A stretch of DNA of 64,000 nucleotides from Candidatus Tayloriibacteriota bacterium (GCA_016215405.1 JACRJQ010000006.1:481-64480); one strand, 5' to 3'. Numbered from the stretch's first letter, positions 1-9,634 are shown. The notes: a model not told the origin generated them from the sequence alone. Numbers and translations: made by a program.

Positions 1-3000
1 GCATTCGACGAATACAGATTCGTCGTAGTCGCGTTGGTACCTGTTGCATTCGAGAACGAGAGGTTGTCGATCGTACCGTTGGTCGACCTGAGATTCGTCG
101 CGAAGGAATTCGTGGTCGTCGAGTTCGTCCCTGTCGCGTTCGTGAAAGCGAGGTTCGTTGCGGTGCTATTCGTAGCGAACAAGTTCGTAGAGGTCGAATT
201 CGCAGCCGAGACGCTTATAGAAGAGAGATTCGTCGTCGTAGCGTTCGTGGTCGTAGAGTTCGTAGCGGTGAGCGCGCCGACCGTTATATCGTCGGCGATA
301 AGAGATGTGATCGTCGCGAGAGTCGAAGTGAGGGTGTTTACGACCCCGTTCGTGAACCGCGCTATAGAGGAGAAAAGGGACGTCGTCGTCGCGGCCGTAC
401 CGGTCGCGTTCGAGAAAGAGAGATTATCGATCGTGCCGCTCGTGGACTTGAGGTTCGTCGCGAAAGCGTTCGTGGTCGTGGAATTCGTCGTCGTGGAGTT
501 ACCGACCGTCAACCCCGATATGTCCGCGAGCATCGAGGTGAAGGAATCGACGGATCCGAACATCGTCCTTAATACCATGGAGAAGAGCGACGTCGTAGTC
601 GCATTGGTGCCCGTTGCGTTCGAGAAGGTCAGATTCTGCAGAGACGACGCGCCGGAGACCGAGAGCGTCCCGGTGGCATTAAGGTTCGCCGCGCTTATGT
701 CGCCCGAGAATAGGCCGTTGCCTTGCACAGAAAGGCGCTGCGAAGGAGAAGTCGTGCCTATCCCGACGTTGCCCGAAGACGTGACGTTAAGGAGAGAGGA
801 CCCCGACGAAGAAGCGATAGAGAGGATGTCCGAGGTCTGTCCTGCGTATCCGGAGAGAGTGAGCGTCGGATTCGAAGACGAAAGCGAGTCGTTCTGTATG
901 GCGAGCGCCTGATTGAATCGGAACCTGTCGAGGGTCGAATTCCAAGAGAGGAGCGCGTTAGGCGACACCGAGCCGCGCTTGAATATGAGATCCATGTCCT
1001 CGGCGTCGACGGAGAGGTTGTCCGAGTTTATCGTAAACGTGTTCGAAGCCGTGCCCGCGATCGTGGTAGACGCCGCGGATATCGAGTTGACGTTGATGCT
1101 ATCGAAATATCCTGTGCGCCAATATGCTCCCGGCGACCCGATGTCGCGCAGCAAGTTAGCGTCAGGGATGAGATTGCCCGAGATGCTTCCATTGACATAT
1201 ATATTGTCGGTCGAGGAATCGCCCAAAGCCAAGCTACCGGAGACAGCGAGGTTGCCCGCGACGGTCGTCGTGCCCGCTCCTATTACGGCAAAGCTCGTCG
1301 TCGTCGCGCCGGTAAACGTGGCGTTCGCGGCAAAAAGATTTGTCGAGGTCGAATTCAGCGCGATGAAATCCGTCACATATGAATTGGTCGTCGTCGAATT
1401 CCCGGCTACGAGGTTCGATACGTAGGAGTTCGTGGTCGTTGAGTTAGTCGTAGTCGAATATATGCCGACGATATTGGAGAGGACGGCCCTATCGGACAGA
1501 AGCCTCTCTATATAGAAGTCCGTGGAAGTTCCCGCGCCAAACGACGCAGAGGTGGAATAGAGGCTCGTCGTCGTAGCCCTCGTGCCGGTCGCGTTCACGA
1601 ACACCAAGCTGTCGATGGAGCCCGACGCGAGAGTCGCGTTCGAGGCGAAGAGGTTCGTCGAAGTCGCATTCGTGGTCGATGCGTTCTGGGCGTAGAGATT
1701 GGTCGACGAGGCGTTCTGAGATACCGAGGACGTCGAGAACGAGTTTGTCGTGGTCGCGTTCGTGGTCGTCGAGTTCGTGGCGGTGAGCGCGCCGACGGTT
1801 ATATCGTCTGCCACGAGCGACGTTATCGTAGCGAGGGTGGCGGTGAACGTATCGATGACGCCGGTGAGGAACTTGCCCACCGAGGCGAAGAGGTTCGTCG
1901 AAGTGGCGTTGGTCGTCGTCGAGTTCGTGGCATTGAGCGAATTTATCGACGCAGAGCCGATGACGATGAGGTTCGAGACGCTCGTGGTGCCCGTAAGGGT
2001 GAGATCGGACGCGGAGATCCCGCCTGAGATAGAGATGCTTCCACCGAGCGAGAGCGATCCTGAGAGCGTCATATTGCCCTCCTTATCGAGCTGGATGTCC
2101 TCAGAGTCTATGGTGAGGTCGTCATCGGAATTGCCGAGCTGTATCTCTCCGCCCGCCGAGAAATCTCCAGAGACTGACGCATGAGAGAAGGATCCCGACC
2201 GCGCGATCACCGCGCTGCCCACGTCGAGCGACCCGCGGACGCTTGCGTTCCTTCCCACCCGAAGGCCGCCCGTGACGGACGCTTCGCCGAGCGTCGCTTT
2301 TCCTGTATTCACGATCGTCGCGAGATACGCGGGACCCGCAACTTCGAGCGTCTTGGCGAATTTCGCCTTTCCGAAAACCTCGAGGTCGCCGTCGACCGTA
2401 AGAGACGATAAGAGGTTCGCGGCCCCTCGCACGAGGAGCGTCTTGCCCACCTCGACGTCTCCCTCGAAACGCACATCGTCGGTCGTCACGTTTCCGTTCT
2501 TGGTCACGAAGGCTAGAGTAAAATCAGTGGCGCGGTTTCCGCCGACCATCTCCGCGTTGAGGTTCTTGACCTCTGTCATCGAGTCGACGACGATCGGCGC
2601 GACGCCGTCCGCTATGAAAGACCTAAGCTGCCCCTCCGTCTCGATGTGTCCCATGATCGAGATGTTTCCTGCCTTATCGAGGAGGAGTATCTCGTTCTCG
2701 TGGGTGCCTGGCCTGAAACCCATCACCGTGTTCGCGTCCGTCCAGACCTTCTTTACGAAACCGCCCGCCTTCTCCATGAACCCGAATACGAACGGCGTCG
2801 GAAATATGGCGAAGAAGACGGTTACCGCGAGAGCGGTCGCGATGAGCGGCTTGCTGCCGAATACGGTCCTAAACGCCCTAGCGACGATATTAGGCTGTCC
2901 TGGCACGAGTTGAAGAGACGCGAACTTCTGGTCTAACGCTTTCGAAACTTCGGCCGCGACACCCTCTGCAGGCGCCGAGAAAGGAGATGCTGCCGCAGCG

Positions 3001-3992
3001 ACCCTTTCCAAAGAGAGCTTCTCGAGCCTCGAAGATATATCGGCGAGGGTCCTCTGGATCGATTCTAGGCCGTCGGCGGCAGGCTTCGTTGCCGCAACGG
3101 GCGCGAGCGCCCTCGCTTCCTTAACGATGCGCGGCGCAGGGACCGAGACCTTCTCATCTGCCGGCTTAGAGACCGCTGGCGCTGACGGCCTCTTTATCGA
3201 TGGGATAATCGAGAATATCTTCCTGGGGAGCGCGAACCTCTTCGCCTCCGGCTCGACAGCCGCCTTCGCGGGAATCGACGCAGGAGCCGTCTTGGGAGCA
3301 AGCTGGCCGAAAGTTGGCTTCGGCGCCTTGAAAGATTCAGGTATGTGTATGTGCTCTATGCCGACGGCAGAATTCTTTTTCCTCTCGGAATTGATCATCT
3401 CGAGGTAATTCCTCAGATCTCCGTGATAGGTCCTTATCTTCTTCGTGTGAGGATGGTCTGTCGTGACCGATATGTCCGCCCGACCTTCCGTCGATTCGAC
3501 GTACGGCGCCGCCTTTTCTGCCGCGTCTTCCACGATCTCTGCAGGCTTCTTCATGTAGACGATCATCTCTCCCTCGGCTGTAGTCCTGCGGGCGAGACCG
3601 TCATGATCGACGGAAGCAGAGGAGTTTACAGGAACGCCGCTCTCGGAAAGCTCGATCGGAAGAGGGGCGAAGAATTTAGGCGCTGACGGCTTCGTCTCAG
3701 GGCCGCGATCGACGGACGAAAGGTCTCCGTTCTGGATCTGGTTCCTGATCATCTGCCGCCTCATGTACTCATCGAGTATCGCCTTAGTCGTATACCAGAC
3801 CTTTCCGACCTTCTTGGCCGAGAGCTTCTTCTTGCGGGCGAGTAGCGAGAGATATTCCGCGGAGTAAGGCGTAAGCCCTGACGCCTCCGACATAGAGAGC
3901 CATCTATCGCCCGATGCGGCAAAGGACCTATCCTGAGGAGCTATGCTCTCTTCGGGATTCGCCCCCTGGTCGTTTTTAAATTCCTGGCTCAA
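1..3992 (-). CDS. Giant membrane-anchored repeat protein (>1330 aa, 3' end beyond window): N-terminal excisionase/HTH_17-like domain, TM helix, long Thr/Asn-rich NATTTN/NSTTTN repeat region
   Basis: Read by hand on the minus strand: TTG at 3992 gives LSQEFKND...WLSMSEASGLTPYSAEYLSLLARKKKLSAKKVGKVWYTT; hydrophobic stretch LIATALAVTVFFAIFPTPFVFGF near 2780-2850; the same frame gives SFSNATGTNATTTNLYSSN at 1-59. It is absent from the ORF track, consistent with no stop in the window. The + strand VVVEFV ORFs are its antisense shadow. Confidence 0.85.
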   Translation of the reverse strand, partial: MSQEFKNDQGANPEESIAPQDRSFAASGDRWLSMSEASGLTPYSAEYLSLLARKKKLSAKKVGKVWYTTKAILDEYMRRQMIRNQIQNGDLSSVDRGPETKPSAPKFFAPLPIELSESGVPVNSSASVDHDGLARRTTAEGEMIVYMKKPAEIVEDAAEKAAPYVESTEGRADISVTTDHPHTKKIRTYHGDLRNYLEMINSERKKNSAVGIEHIHIPESFKAPKPTFGQLAPKTAPASIPAKAAVEPEAKRFALPRKIFSIIPSIKRPSAPAVSKPADEKVSVPAPRIVKEARALAPVAATKPAADGLESIQRTLADISSRLEKLSLERVAAAASPFSAPAEGVAAEVSKALDQKFASLQLVPGQPNIVARAFRTVFGSKPLIATALAVTVFFAIFPTPFVFGFMEKAGGFVKKVWTDANTVMGFRPGTHENEILLLDKAGNISIMGHIETEGQLRSFIADGVAPIVVDSMTEVKNLNAEMVGGNRATDFTLAFVTKNGNVTTDDVRFEGDVEVGKTLLVRGAANLLSSLTVDGDLEVFGKAKFAKTLEVAGPAYLATIVNTGKATLGEASVTGGLRVGRNASVRGSLDVGSAVIARSGSFSHASVSGDFSAGGEIQLGNSDDDLTIDSEDIQLDKEGNMTLSGSLSLGGSISISGGISASDLTLTGTTSVSNLIVIGSASINSLNATNSTTTNATSTNLFASVGKFLTGVIDTFTATLATITSLVADDITVGALTATNSTTTNATTTNSFSTSSVSQNASSTNLYAQNASTTNATSTNLFASNATLASGSIDSLVFVNATGTRATTTSLYSTSASFGAGTSTDFYIERLLSDRAVLSNIVGIYSTTTNSTTTNSYVSNLVAGNSTTTNSYVTDFIALNSTSTNLFAANATFTGATTTSFAVIGAGTTTVAGNLAVSGSLALGDSSTDNIYVNGSISGNLIPDANLLRDIGSPGAYWRTGYFDSINVNSISAASTTIAGTASNTFTINSDNLSVDAEDMDLIFKRGSVSPNALLSWNSTLDRFRFNQALAIQNDSLSSSNPTLTLSGYAGQTSDILSIASSSGSSLLNVTSSGNVGIGTTSPSQRLSVQGNGLFSGDISAANLNATGTLSVSGASSLQNLTFSNATGTNATTTSLFSMVLRTMFGSVDSFTSMLADISGLTVGNSTTTNSTTTNAFATNLKSTSGTIDNLSFSNATGTAATTTSLFSSIARFTNGVVNTLTSTLATITSLIADDITVGALTATNSTTTNATTTNLSSISVSAANSTSTNLFATNSTATNLAFTNATGTNSTTTNSFATNLRSTNGTIDNLSFSNATGTNATTTNLYSSN

Positions 3993-4009
3993 GGATTGGT
4001 TTGATTACT

Positions 4010-4030
4010 ATCCGATACGCCGTATCGGAT
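4010..4030. promoter_or_regulatory. Perfect inverted repeat ATCCGATACG-C-CGTATCGGAT just upstream of the giant HTH protein start (candidate operator or 5'UTR hairpin)
   Basis: 10-bp arms with a 1-bp centre, 18 nt upstream of the TTG at 3992. Confidence 0.5.
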
Positions 4031-4287
4031 GCTCAAAAGTTCACGTGTTCATTATACGGACCGACCTTCTTTCGTAGGGCTGTTTTTCTGGGGACAACCG
4101 ATATTGGTTTCCAACCGATACGAGATCGATAAAAAACAATCTGAAATCGCTCTGAGATAAATAAAAACGGACACCGGAGGACTTCAAGCCACAGTGTCCG
4201 TTCTGCAACGACCCATTCGCTACATGTTCTTTATTAATTCTTATTGTATTTTTATATACATTACTAAACCTTAATAGATTCAATTTC

Positions 4288-4821
4288 CTAAAAACCTATA
4301 TATTTCAATGATTTAATGCGAAACGCTCCAAAGACCCTTCCCTGGATGCCGCTCCCGTCGATGAGGCCCAACTCTCTCGAATCGATGCTTACTTTACGAT
4401 TATCTCCGAGCGCAAAGTATTCTCCTGGATCTATATTGGTTCTCGACTTGCCCACGGCTTCTGTATCAGGAAATTCTAGATAGCCTTCGTCAAGATTGAC
4501 GCCTTCGTCGGTTCTGGAATTTTTGATGACAACCCTTTGATTTTCAATCGAAAACCATTCGCCAGGAAGGCCTATTATCCTCTTTACCACACGCCCAGGA
4601 TGCGTCCTTGGAACCGCTACCACGATATCTCCCCGTTCAGGCTCGCTATTCGCATATGCCAGCTTGTTCACGAGAACGAAATCGCCCGATTCGAGCGCGG
4701 GCGACATAGAATCACCTCTCACGAAGAACGCCTCGAACGCAAAAAGCCTGATCGCGGCGACCATAATGAAGGAAACGATGAGTATATAGGCTATGTTCTG
4801 CTTGCTGAAGGGCTTCATCAT
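4288..4821 (-). CDS. lepB: Signal peptidase I (S26)
   Basis: N-terminal TM, GDSMSP catalytic Ser box, VKRIIGLPG Lys box, GDNR..S.DSR box. Confidence 0.93.
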   Translation of the reverse strand: MMKPFSKQNIAYILIVSFIMVAAIRLFAFEAFFVRGDSMSPALESGDFVLVNKLAYANSEPERGDIVVAVPRTHPGRVVKRIIGLPGEWFSIENQRVVIKNSRTDEGVNLDEGYLEFPDTEAVGKSRTNIDPGEYFALGDNRKVSIDSRELGLIDGSGIQGRVFGAFRIKSLKYIGF

Positions 4822-4902
4822 CTTGTTTTATCCTGTGGACTTAGACGAGGTGCTCCTTGTATGGGAGTCCAGACAGGTATATTATACAAGGAATTCAAAC
4901 CT

Positions 4903-5169
4903 ATGTCTGGTAAATTCATGACCATCAAGGAGGCTGCGGAAATGCTCGGGGTGACTCCGCTCACTTTGCGTAATTGGGATAAGAGCGGAAAGCTCCCCAC
5001 GACGAGGCATCCGATGTCCAATTACCGTATCTACAAGACTGAGGACCTTGAGAAGCTCATGAAGGATATCGAGGCGGGAACCGTGCCGACGAAGGCGAAA
5101 CCTCGGAGCGCTCCGAAAAGAAAGCTCACCGCTCGAAAGCTCATCGTGAGATCCATAAGAGAAGAATAG
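4903..5169 (+). CDS. MerR-family HTH DNA-binding protein
   Basis: MTIKEAAEMLGVTPLTLRNWDKSGKL..RHPMSNYRIY; start reassigned to ATG 4903 within ORF 4537..5169. Confidence 0.88.
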   Translation: MSGKFMTIKEAAEMLGVTPLTLRNWDKSGKLPTTRHPMSNYRIYKTEDLEKLMKDIEAGTVPTKAKPRSAPKRKLTARKLIVRSIREE

Positions 5170-5404
5170 AGACGGCGCTGAGAATCCACAGAAAGCGCTG
5201 GTACGTTCGCAACAGGATCCGCAGACTCTCTGCGGATCCTGCTTTCGGTCCGCCCACCATTCTTTTTCGCGCGACCCCTCGCGCGCATTGAGGCGCGAGG
5301 CCGAAGAGATCCGAACAAAGGGTCCCATTCCCCTCGTCCCTGTGCGACAGGCTCCCCATCCTCCGAGACGGGGAACTCTTTGACGCCTGCTGTTTCTGCG
5401 CAGC

Positions 5405-5430
5405 AAAAAACCGCCTTTAGGCGGTTCTTT
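5405..5430 (-). terminator. Intrinsic terminator after rplU
   Basis: AAAAAACCGCC-TTTA-GGCGGTTCTTT hairpin with A/T tails. Confidence 0.7.
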
Positions 5431-5431
5431 G

Positions 5432-5785
5432 TTACGCGATCGCCTTGATCTCGACTTTGAAATAAGGCTGGCGATGTCCGTACTTCTTGAAGTATTTCGA
5501 CTTCTGCTTATAGTGGACGACCACGACCTTCGCATCGCGGCCAATCTCCTTCACCTCGGCCTCTACCTTCGATCCTTTTATAAAAGGCGCTCCGACCGTC
5601 GTCTTTCCGGCATCATCGACGAGAAGGACGTCGCTGAATACAACTTTTCCTCCTACCTTGTGTTCGCCTGAGAGCTTCTCGATCTTTACGATATCCCCTA
5701 CGCTGACCTTGTACTGCTTTCCGCCCGTCGCGATGACGGCAAAAGCGTTAGTCTGAGCGGTCTTTTTAGCTTTAGCAGTAGCCAT
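5432..5785 (-). CDS. rplU: 50S ribosomal protein L21
   Basis: FAVIATGGKQYKV...KKYGHRQPY signature. Confidence 0.97.
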   Translation of the reverse strand: MATAKAKKTAQTNAFAVIATGGKQYKVSVGDIVKIEKLSGEHKVGGKVVFSDVLLVDDAGKTTVGAPFIKGSKVEAEVKEIGRDAKVVVVHYKQKSKYFKKYGHRQPYFKVEIKAIA

Positions 5786-5945
5786 ATTTCTTGAAAATTA
5801 AGAGCCCTGTGAGGGGCTTTTGATTCGTCTAATATCGCATAGGGCCCATAAAAATGCAAGTCTCCTGACCAAATACGCTCATAGTATGCGACCTTCATAG
5901 CCAAAGCGCCCTCAAGAAAGGTCAATTGCTCGAGATTCGGTCGAG

Positions 5946-6767
5946 CTACTGCCCGAACTTAGCGAAAACATCGCCTCTCCTGCCTAGAGCATAGATCTTT
6001 CCCACCTCGCTTGCGGTCAAACCCTTTGAGAACACCTGTACCTCGTCTATGGAACCGCTGTAGCCTCCCCAACCGCCCTGCTGCGTGGACGCGAGGCGCA
6101 GCGGGAATGCCGTACCGGAAGAGCCGGTGGATGCGACAGAGGCCACGGCGACGCCGTCTTGATAGATCGTTATTTTGGAATTATCGTAGACAGCTACGAC
6201 ATGCACCCACTTGTCGTTCGGGATCGGATTCGGAGCGACCGCGATATCGGCGCCTCCCGAGACATTCCTCTCGAAGAAGAGCCTTCCGTCAGCCGACGCA
6301 TAGCCCTCCGCTACCATCCATCCGCCGACCGTATAGTTCGCGGAGGACATCATGCTCGCTCGCGATTGGGCCGATGACCTCTTGGTCCAGAACGAGACCG
6401 CGAACGGGTTGTTGCCTGCCGCCTCCGTGGTCGCCGCGCTCGCTACGACATAATTGGTCGCATTGAAGGAAAGCGAGCAGCCGCTCGAATAAGGCGTATC
6501 GGCCTGCCATATCGGCGTGCCGGAGAACGAGAACGCGATCCCATTCGCCGCTTTGTTAGATGGAGCGCTGCCCGCGCACTCGTTGAGGTCTAAAAGCGCG
6601 ATCGATTGCTCTCCTGCGACATGATAGACCTGTGCCGCGAAATATTTGCCCGCTCCGAGCCTCCCCTTCTCTCTCGCCGAATTGACGTTCGATAATACAA
6701 CGCTCGAAAGGAGCGATATGATCGATATCACGACGAGGAGCTCGATGAGGGTGAACCCTTTCTTCAT
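5946..6767 (-). CDS. Type IV pilin-like protein with C-terminal LamG/concanavalin-like domain
   Basis: KKGFTLIELLVVISII prepilin motif; WVHVVAVYD..IYQDG..GSIDEV LamG pattern. Confidence 0.85.
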   Translation of the reverse strand: MKKGFTLIELLVVISIISLLSSVVLSNVNSAREKGRLGAGKYFAAQVYHVAGEQSIALLDLNECAGSAPSNKAANGIAFSFSGTPIWQADTPYSSGCSLSFNATNYVVASAATTEAAGNNPFAVSFWTKRSSAQSRASMMSSANYTVGGWMVAEGYASADGRLFFERNVSGGADIAVAPNPIPNDKWVHVVAVYDNSKITIYQDGVAVASVASTGSSGTAFPLRLASTQQGGWGGYSGSIDEVQVFSKGLTASEVGKIYALGRRGDVFAKFGQ

Positions 6768-6785
6768 ACGTCTCATAATACCAGG

Positions 6786-7613
6786 CTATCGGGCGGCGAA
6801 AAAATGAGACGACTCGAGAGCGTAGAGATCGCCCACTTCCGATGCCGCGAGGATCTTGGAGAACAGCCTCACGTTGTCTATGCTTCCCGGAAAATTGCCT
6901 CCCGTGCCGCCACCGTATCCCCCAAAAGCGAGAGTGTCGCTCCCCGACAGGTTCCATGTGTTATTGAATGAATTCGTATTATTGAGCTTTCCGTCTATAT
7001 AGAGATAAAGGGTGGAATTCGACCTATTCACGACCGCCACGATGTGGTGCCACCTCCCGTCCCCGATGACAGCTCCGCCCGTGGCCGTCACGCCTATCTG
7101 AGAAGAGCCGTTAGCGATACGGAAGTAGAGCGTGCCGATCGTGCTCAGGTCGAATCCCGGATTGTTCGTCCCAGCGGTCTTTTTGTCGACGATCCAGAGG
7201 TTCGAAGCCGTGGACGACGTCTTGACCCACACCGAGAGCGACATGTCTCCCGTGCCCATGTTAAGCGACTGCCCGTTCCCAGCGTTCACATACTGCGCGG
7301 AACCGCTAAGGCTAAGCGAGCACCCTCTCCCTGTCGGCGTGTCGCTCGACCAGGTCGGAGATCCAGACACGCTCCCGTTGTTGCCGAAGCCCGATCTGTC
7401 GGCAGCCAGAGAGCCGCTGCATTCGTCGAAATCCCAGACTCCGACGGCCTGTTCGCCGGCGATACGGTCCGCCTGAGCGGCGAACGAACCGACGGCGGCC
7501 AGCCGCGCCTTTTCTCTCGCGGAATTAAGATTCGAGAGCACGACGCTCGAAAGGAGCGATATGATCGATATCACGACGAGGAGCTCGATGAGAGTGAAAG
7601 CTCTCGTCTTCAT
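6786..7613 (-). CDS. Type IV pilin-like protein with C-terminal LamG domain (paralog of neighbour)
   Basis: RAFTLIELLVVISII; WDFDE..G..A.D.SG.GN; DGRWHHIVAV..LYIDG..GSIDNVRLF. Confidence 0.87.
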   Translation of the reverse strand: MKTRAFTLIELLVVISIISLLSSVVLSNLNSAREKARLAAVGSFAAQADRIAGEQAVGVWDFDECSGSLAADRSGFGNNGSVSGSPTWSSDTPTGRGCSLSLSGSAQYVNAGNGQSLNMGTGDMSLSVWVKTSSTASNLWIVDKKTAGTNNPGFDLSTIGTLYFRIANGSSQIGVTATGGAVIGDGRWHHIVAVVNRSNSTLYLYIDGKLNNTNSFNNTWNLSGSDTLAFGGYGGGTGGNFPGSIDNVRLFSKILAASEVGDLYALESSHFFAAR

Positions 7614-7615
7614 GG

Positions 7616-8692
7616 CTATTCTTCGAGATCCGGCTTCTCTATAGACAGAGGATCGAGTCCGACTGCGGTGCCTGTTATGCGCAAGACGTCCTTGTCGACC
7701 TTCTTGAGCTCCTTTGAGGAGAACATATATTGATTCACGACCGTCGCTAGGTTGTTTCCGAGCTTATTATGGTATTCCTCGTAAGCCTTGAGGTGTTTGC
7801 CGAGCTCCCCTACCCTCTGGACGATGTCTTTGGCGGTATCTTCGATCTGCATCGCTTTGAGGCCCTGGAGGACGGTCTGGAGATACGCGAGGAAGGAAGT
7901 CGGCGAGACGATGATGACCTTGTATTTATTGGCGGCGCGCTGTATGAGATTGTCCGTATCTTCGGTTATCGCGCCCACTTTATTGACGAGGAGGTCGTAG
8001 TAGATCGCCTCATGCGGTATGAACATGAACGCGAAATCCATAGTGCCCTCGTTCGGGCGTATGTATTTCGAGGTCTCGACGATACGATTCTTGAGGTCGT
8101 TCACGAAGAGCTTCTCCAGACGGAGCTTCTCCGAATCGTTCTTCTCCTCGGCGAGTCGGTTATAGTTCTCGAGAGAGAACTTCGAATCGACCGGAATAAG
8201 CTTGTCTTTGACCTTCACGACGGCATCCACGATCTCTCCGTCTTTGAATCCGTACTGCATCTGGTAGCTTCCGGGCGGCAAGACGTTCTTAAGCAAGGTC
8301 TCCAGATAGTATTCGCCCAGGATCCCGCGCTGTTTCGGATTCTTCAATATGTCTTGAAGGTTCTGCAGCTGGTCGGCGAATCCGACCATCTGCTTTCCGG
8401 TCTCCTCTACCCTCGTCACCTTCTCCGTCATAGAGGTGACCTCCCGGAGGAATTTATCGACGAGCTTCTGGGACTCCGAGAACTGATTCCTCATAGAATC
8501 GGTCATCGTGCGATTCGTCTCGCCCATCTTTTCATCCACCGTCCTCGACAGGTTGTTCATCTGCTCCAAAAGGAGCTTGAGCCCTGTATCGTCCTGCTTG
8601 GGAGCCTCTCTCTTTCGAGCCACGAAATAGAGCACGCCCGCGTTGATAAGGAGGATAAGCGCTCCGATAGCGATGATAAGGCCTGTTTCCAT
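7616..8692 (-). CDS. rmuC: DNA recombination protein RmuC
   Basis: N-terminal TM and coiled coil, KQRGILGE, VDSKF, DFAFMFIPHE, VSPTSFLAYL motifs. Confidence 0.92.
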   Translation of the reverse strand: METGLIIAIGALILLINAGVLYFVARKREAPKQDDTGLKLLLEQMNNLSRTVDEKMGETNRTMTDSMRNQFSESQKLVDKFLREVTSMTEKVTRVEETGKQMVGFADQLQNLQDILKNPKQRGILGEYYLETLLKNVLPPGSYQMQYGFKDGEIVDAVVKVKDKLIPVDSKFSLENYNRLAEEKNDSEKLRLEKLFVNDLKNRIVETSKYIRPNEGTMDFAFMFIPHEAIYYDLLVNKVGAITEDTDNLIQRAANKYKVIIVSPTSFLAYLQTVLQGLKAMQIEDTAKDIVQRVGELGKHLKAYEEYHNKLGNNLATVVNQYMFSSKELKKVDKDVLRITGTAVGLDPLSIEKPDLEE

Positions 8693-8750
8693 GCCGACAT
8701 TATACCAGAGAGAAGCGTGATAGAATGGCCGTATATCAAAGGAACCACAT

Positions 8751-9203
8751 ATGTCACTTCACCAAACGATAAGGACCCATATAAAGGAGGCGATGATAGC
8801 GAAAAACGAGACGAGGACCCTCGTTCTGCGCGGAGTCCAGGCCGAGATCCAAAAGGAGCTCATCGCCAAGAAATCCGCAGCGAACGAAGCGACCGACGAA
8901 GAGACCCTCGCCGTCATAAAGAGGCTCGTAAAGCAGAGAAAGGATTCGATCGAGCAATTCGAGAAGGGCGGGCGACCCGATCTCGCCCTATCCGAGAAAA
9001 ACGAGCTTGCCGTCCTGCAGGCATACCTCCCTGCCACGATGCCCAAGGACGAGATAAAGAAGTTCGCCCTCGCGAAGAAAGCAGAGCTCGGCGTAACGGA
9101 TAAATCCGGCGCAGGAAAGCTCATAGGCGCTATATCGAAGGAGCTCAAGGGTAAAGCCGAGGGCAGCGATATAAAGGCGGTAGTCGACGAGATGTTCGCC
9201 TAA
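8751..9203 (+). CDS. GatB/YqeY domain protein
   Basis: IKEAMIAK..VKQRKDSIEQFEKGGR.DLA..E..EL.VL.AYLP. Confidence 0.92.
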   Translation: MSLHQTIRTHIKEAMIAKNETRTLVLRGVQAEIQKELIAKKSAANEATDEETLAVIKRLVKQRKDSIEQFEKGGRPDLALSEKNELAVLQAYLPATMPKDEIKKFALAKKAELGVTDKSGAGKLIGAISKELKGKAEGSDIKAVVDEMFA

Positions 9204-9223
9204 AGTCGAACAATCGAGAGATG

Positions 9224-9258
9224 GAAAAGCCCCGGGCGCTTCGCGCCCGGGGCTTTTC
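9224..9258 (+). terminator. Intrinsic terminator
   Basis: GAAAAGCCCCGGGCGC-TTC-GCGCCCGGGGCTTTTC. Confidence 0.75.
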
Positions 9259-9288
9259 TTGCCATTTCTTTTCATTCGTTTCCTACTA

Positions 9289-9317
9289 TTGACAAACCAT
9301 GACGTTGGGTGTATAAT
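9289..9317 (+). promoter_or_regulatory. Consensus sigma70 promoter
   Basis: TTGACA-17 bp-TATAAT upstream of ORF 9377. Confidence 0.75.
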
Positions 9318-9376
9318 AGTATGGATAAGTTGTTTGAGATCACTTTCCTTCGAAACCTCAACCCCCTCCTACCGTC

Positions 9377-9634
9377 ATGGCACTCATGCTCTCCGATGCA
9401 GTTGCGGAAACGAGAAAGCTCGCGCACGGAAGAAACTATGGACAGGCAGCCGCAAAGGCTCTCCGCTCTATGGGCTTCTCCAAGCCGAGCATCTCCGTTC
9501 GGGTCGCACGGATCGTGAACGATATCGGTTCGCCGGAAAACGTCTCGCTCATCTCTGCCGTCACCTCCTATCTCGGCAAAGAAGGCGGGATGAAATCCAC
9601 CGCGAATCGCAGACAGCTCGTTCTCAGTCTGTGA
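9377..9634 (+). CDS. Small hypothetical protein
   Basis: 85-aa ORF downstream of a perfect promoter. Confidence 0.5.
   Translation: MALMLSDAVAETRKLAHGRNYGQAAAKALRSMGFSKPSISVRVARIVNDIGSPENVSLISAVTSYLGKEGGMKSTANRRQLVLSL

Noticed and set aside
34-3686. Long + strand ORFs rich in VVVEFV
   Set aside because: They are the antisense shadow of the giant minus-strand NATTTN-repeat gene
4041-4283. 80-aa minus ORF between lepB and the giant gene
   Set aside because: It lies in an AT-rich probable promoter region and shows no recognisable protein features
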